Shown here: positions 63,129 through 64,000 of the stretch, piece by piece | Position numbering within the stretch: position 1 is the first letter of the stretch | How the letters are laid out: the number at the start of each line of letters is the position of its first letter | Program-made: the position numbers and the translations under genes | Source: an uncultured Chthonomonadaceae bacterium | GTDB lineage: Bacteria; Armatimonadota; Chthonomonadetes; Chthonomonadales; Chthonomonadaceae | NCBI GenBank assembly: GCA_963817895.1 | Contig: CAWFQB010000005.1 | Coordinates: 224,001 to 288,000, forward strand | Length of the DNA stretch: 64,000 nt | Direction: 5' to 3' | The notes under the pieces: model-generated | Seen by the model: the letters and a program-made list of their open reading frames with translations, nothing else | What the model was told of the DNA's origin: nothing | Database searches by the model: none

Positions 63129-63738
63129 ATGCAGGCAGATTTATCGCAGATACAGTCGGACACGGCCTCGGCGAACGAAGTCATTCGGTCGTATCTGCAA
63201 GACAATTTAGAGATGCTGCTGCAAACCATGCGCGTCTTTGTCAAAAAGGCCAACCTTGCTGGCAGTCAGGGCATTGATTTCGCTTCTGAAGAGCTGCTTG
63301 GCATGGTGATGAACATTGCTCTGCAAAAAGCAGCCACTTTTGAAGTTAGTAAACCTCCGAAAGCCTGGATTTTAGGCATCGCCGCACATGTCGTCTTGCA
63401 GGAACAGCGGCGCGTTTTTGGCCGCAATCGGCGTGAAGTCAGCATTGATAACGAGTATACAGAAGAGTCTGCGCTGGATTGGTGGAGTGAACTGGCTATC
63501 CCTGGCCCGGAAGCCGAAGTTCTGGCGCGGCATAATGTGGCGTATCTGCTTTCATTGGTAGCAGATAAAGATCGTCCGCTCGTGGAGTTGATGATTGTAA
63601 AGGAGATGAATTCCGAAGTGGTCGCAGCCAAATTCGGCATCAAGCCGGGAACGGCGCAGCGTTCGCGTGTTTCGCGCGCTGGAGCGAGCGCGCAAAATTT
63701 TGGAACCGCAGCAGGCATTGGAGGGAAAGCAGCGATGA
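63129..63738 (+). CDS. ECF-like sigma factor (absent from the ORF track); probable +1 frameshift near 63658
   Basis: AGGAG RBS; PPKAWILGIAAHV; AAKFGIKPGTA followed, in the shifted frame, by RVRVFRALERARKIL ending at TGA 63738. Confidence 0.75.
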
Positions 63739-64000
63739 ACGAAGAAAACCGGAGATCGCTCTCTGACAGCGAACTGGAGGCGTCGGAACGTCTGGCGCGC
63801 GAAAAACGGCTGTTCGCCTACCACTGCGCACTGGAAAACGGTGATTTTGAAACCGTGACCGCGATACTGGCGGAGGCGGAGCAGGATGCAACGCTGGAGC
63901 GAATGATTCTGGAAATCAACACCGCGCACATAGAGGAAATCCAGCAAACCACGCAAGCGCAGGAAGACACAGCTCTCATCGGCTTGCTGCAAAAACACTT
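63735..64000 (+). CDS. putative anti-sigma/partner protein, N-terminal part
   Basis: ATGA overlap with the sigma stop, GGAGG RBS; MNEENRRSL...ALENGDFETVTAILAEAEQD runs off the window. Confidence 0.55.
   Translation, partial: MNEENRRSLSDSELEASERLAREKRLFAYHCALENGDFETVTAILAEAEQDATLERMILEINTAHIEEIQQTTQAQEDTALIGLLQKH

Overview
GC-rich bacterial chromosomal window. The gene repertoire (two DUF1501 genes, DUF1549/DUF1553, a prepilin H-X9-DG protein, many secreted hydrolases) suggests Armatimonadota or a PVC-like diderm; this is inference only. It holds about 50 CDS, mostly metabolism and transport, and no rRNA, tRNA or CRISPR array was recognised. Many ordinary genes carry single-base frameshifts, most likely long-read consensus errors, so broken genes are reported as reconstructed CDS. 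Points of most interest: (1) a co-oriented ECF sigma / soluble zinc anti-sigma / TPR-CHAT caspase-like protease / secreted subtilase cluster at 11.7-17.6 kb, next to an ABC-ATPase + DUF4276 (TOPRIM-like) pair; (2) a three-hairpin dispersed element with compensatory substitutions in 3 copies; (3) many inverted-repeat elements with 7-9-nt periodic arms, whose heptamer units also occur in frame inside proteins; (4) a GIY-YIG nuclease gene interrupted by an IS630, with an ISAzo13 just upstream; (5) a CsgG/FlgO - FlgT-N - LPP20-like envelope operon in which two proteins share an unnamed C-terminal domain. All family assignments come from motif recognition by eye, not from database searches.
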